Assembly (NCBI RefSeq): GCF_003428155.1
Contig: NZ_QLIR01000004.1
Coordinates: 60,001-92,000, forward strand
From: Fastidiosibacter lacustris
Lineage (GTDB): Bacteria; Pseudomonadota; Gammaproteobacteria; Francisellales; Francisellaceae
Length of the DNA: 32,000 bases
Reading direction: 5' to 3'
Part shown: in pieces, positions 31,102 to 32,000 of the stretch
Layout: each line of letters begins with the position of its first letter
Position numbering within the stretch: the first letter of the stretch is position 1
Notes under the pieces: generated by a model
What the model was told of the DNA's origin: nothing
The model's input: only the letters and a program-made list of their open reading frames with translations
The model's database searches: none
Made by a program: the position numbers and the translations under genes

Positions 31102-32000
31102 ATGCAACTTACTCCAGCAGAAATTAGTGAATTAATAAAAGAACGAATTGCGAAATTTAACAATGCTCCACAGACAAAAACAGAAGGAACAATTGTCTCT
31201 GTTTCAGATGGCATTATTCGCATTCATGGTTTAAATGAAGTTGCCGCAGGCGAAATGATAGAGTTACCAGGAAGTGTTTATGGTTTGGCGCTTAACCTGG
31301 AGCAAGACTCAGTTGGTGCTGTTGTGCTTGGTGACTATGAACATATTCAAGAAGGGCAAAAAGCGTATTGTACAGGTCGTATTTTAGAGGTCCCAGTCGG
31401 TGAAGCACTCTTAGGACGTGTAGTGGACGCGCTTGGCAACCCAATTGATGGTAAAGGTGATATCAAAACAACAGCCACTTCACCTGTTGAAAAAGTTGCT
31501 CCTGGTGTGATTTGGCGTCAATCAGTTGATCAACCAGTGCAAACAGGTATTAAAGCGATTGATGCAATGGTACCAATTGGGCGTGGTCAGCGTGAACTTA
31601 TTATTGGAGATAGACAAACAGGTAAAACAGCTGTTGCAATTGATACTATCATTAATCAAAAAAGTACAGGCGTTAAATGCGTTTATGTAGCGATTGGTCA
31701 AAAAGCCTCTTCTGTTGCAGATGTTGTGCGTAAACTAGAAGAGCATGAGGCACTAGCACATACGATTGTTGTTGCTGCTAATGCTGCAGATTCAGCAGCA
31801 CTTCAATATTTAGCACCATATGCAGGATGCGCAATGGGAGAGTATTTCCGTGATCGTGGTGAAGATGCGCTTATTATTTATGATGATTTAACCAAACAAG
31901 CTTGGGCATATCGTCAAATTTCATTGTTATTGCGTCGTCCACCTGGACGCGAAGCTTATCCAGGGGATGTATTCTATCTACATTCACGTCTATTGGAGCG
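31102..32000 (+). CDS. atpA: ATP synthase F1 subunit alpha, truncated by the window end
   Basis: [20 protein letters not shown]..., Walker [26 protein letters not shown]; open to base 32000. Confidence 0.97.
   Translation, partial: MQLTPAEISELIKERIAKFNNAPQTKTEGTIVSVSDGIIRIHGLNEVAAGEMIELPGSVYGLALNLEQDSVGAVVLGDYEHIQEGQKAYCTGRILEVPVGEALLGRVVDALGNPIDGKGDIKTTATSPVEKVAPGVIWRQSVDQPVQTGIKAIDAMVPIGRGQRELIIGDRQTGKTAVAIDTIINQKSTGVKCVYVAIGQKASSVADVVRKLEEHEALAHTIVVAANAADSAALQYLAPYAGCAMGEYFRDRGEDALIIYDDLTKQAWAYRQISLLLRRPPGREAYPGDVFYLHSRLLE

Overview
AT-rich, probably gammaproteobacterial window with two parts. (1) About 1-19300 is an accessory surface/adhesion region. It holds a plus-strand type IVb pilus operon of R64 thin-pilus/Tcp/Bfp type (TcpQ/PilL-like, PilN secretin, PilO, PilP, PilQ ATPase, PilR). 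Convergent to it are two paralogous minus-strand membrane proteins built from a Trp-rich nonapeptide repeat (xxGxxWLx[S/T]). Next is an alternate (CS1/CFA-I-like, alpha-type) chaperone-usher fimbrial operon on the minus strand (chaperone, major pilin, usher, three further secreted subunits), then an uncharacterised coiled-coil-like protein. (2) About 19657-32000 is conserved housekeeping: murJ, asnS, initiator tRNA-Met, rimP, nusA, infB, rbfA and the atpIBEFHA genes (atpA truncated at the window edge). The strongest unusual signals are an in-frame run of 10 Gs in the major fimbrial subunit gene, where a slip of +1 or -1 would truncate the pilin before its C-terminal strand (candidate phase-variation switch), and the tandem paralogous pair of WL-repeat membrane proteins lying between the two pilus systems. 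All assignments are from reading the sequence; no database search was possible.
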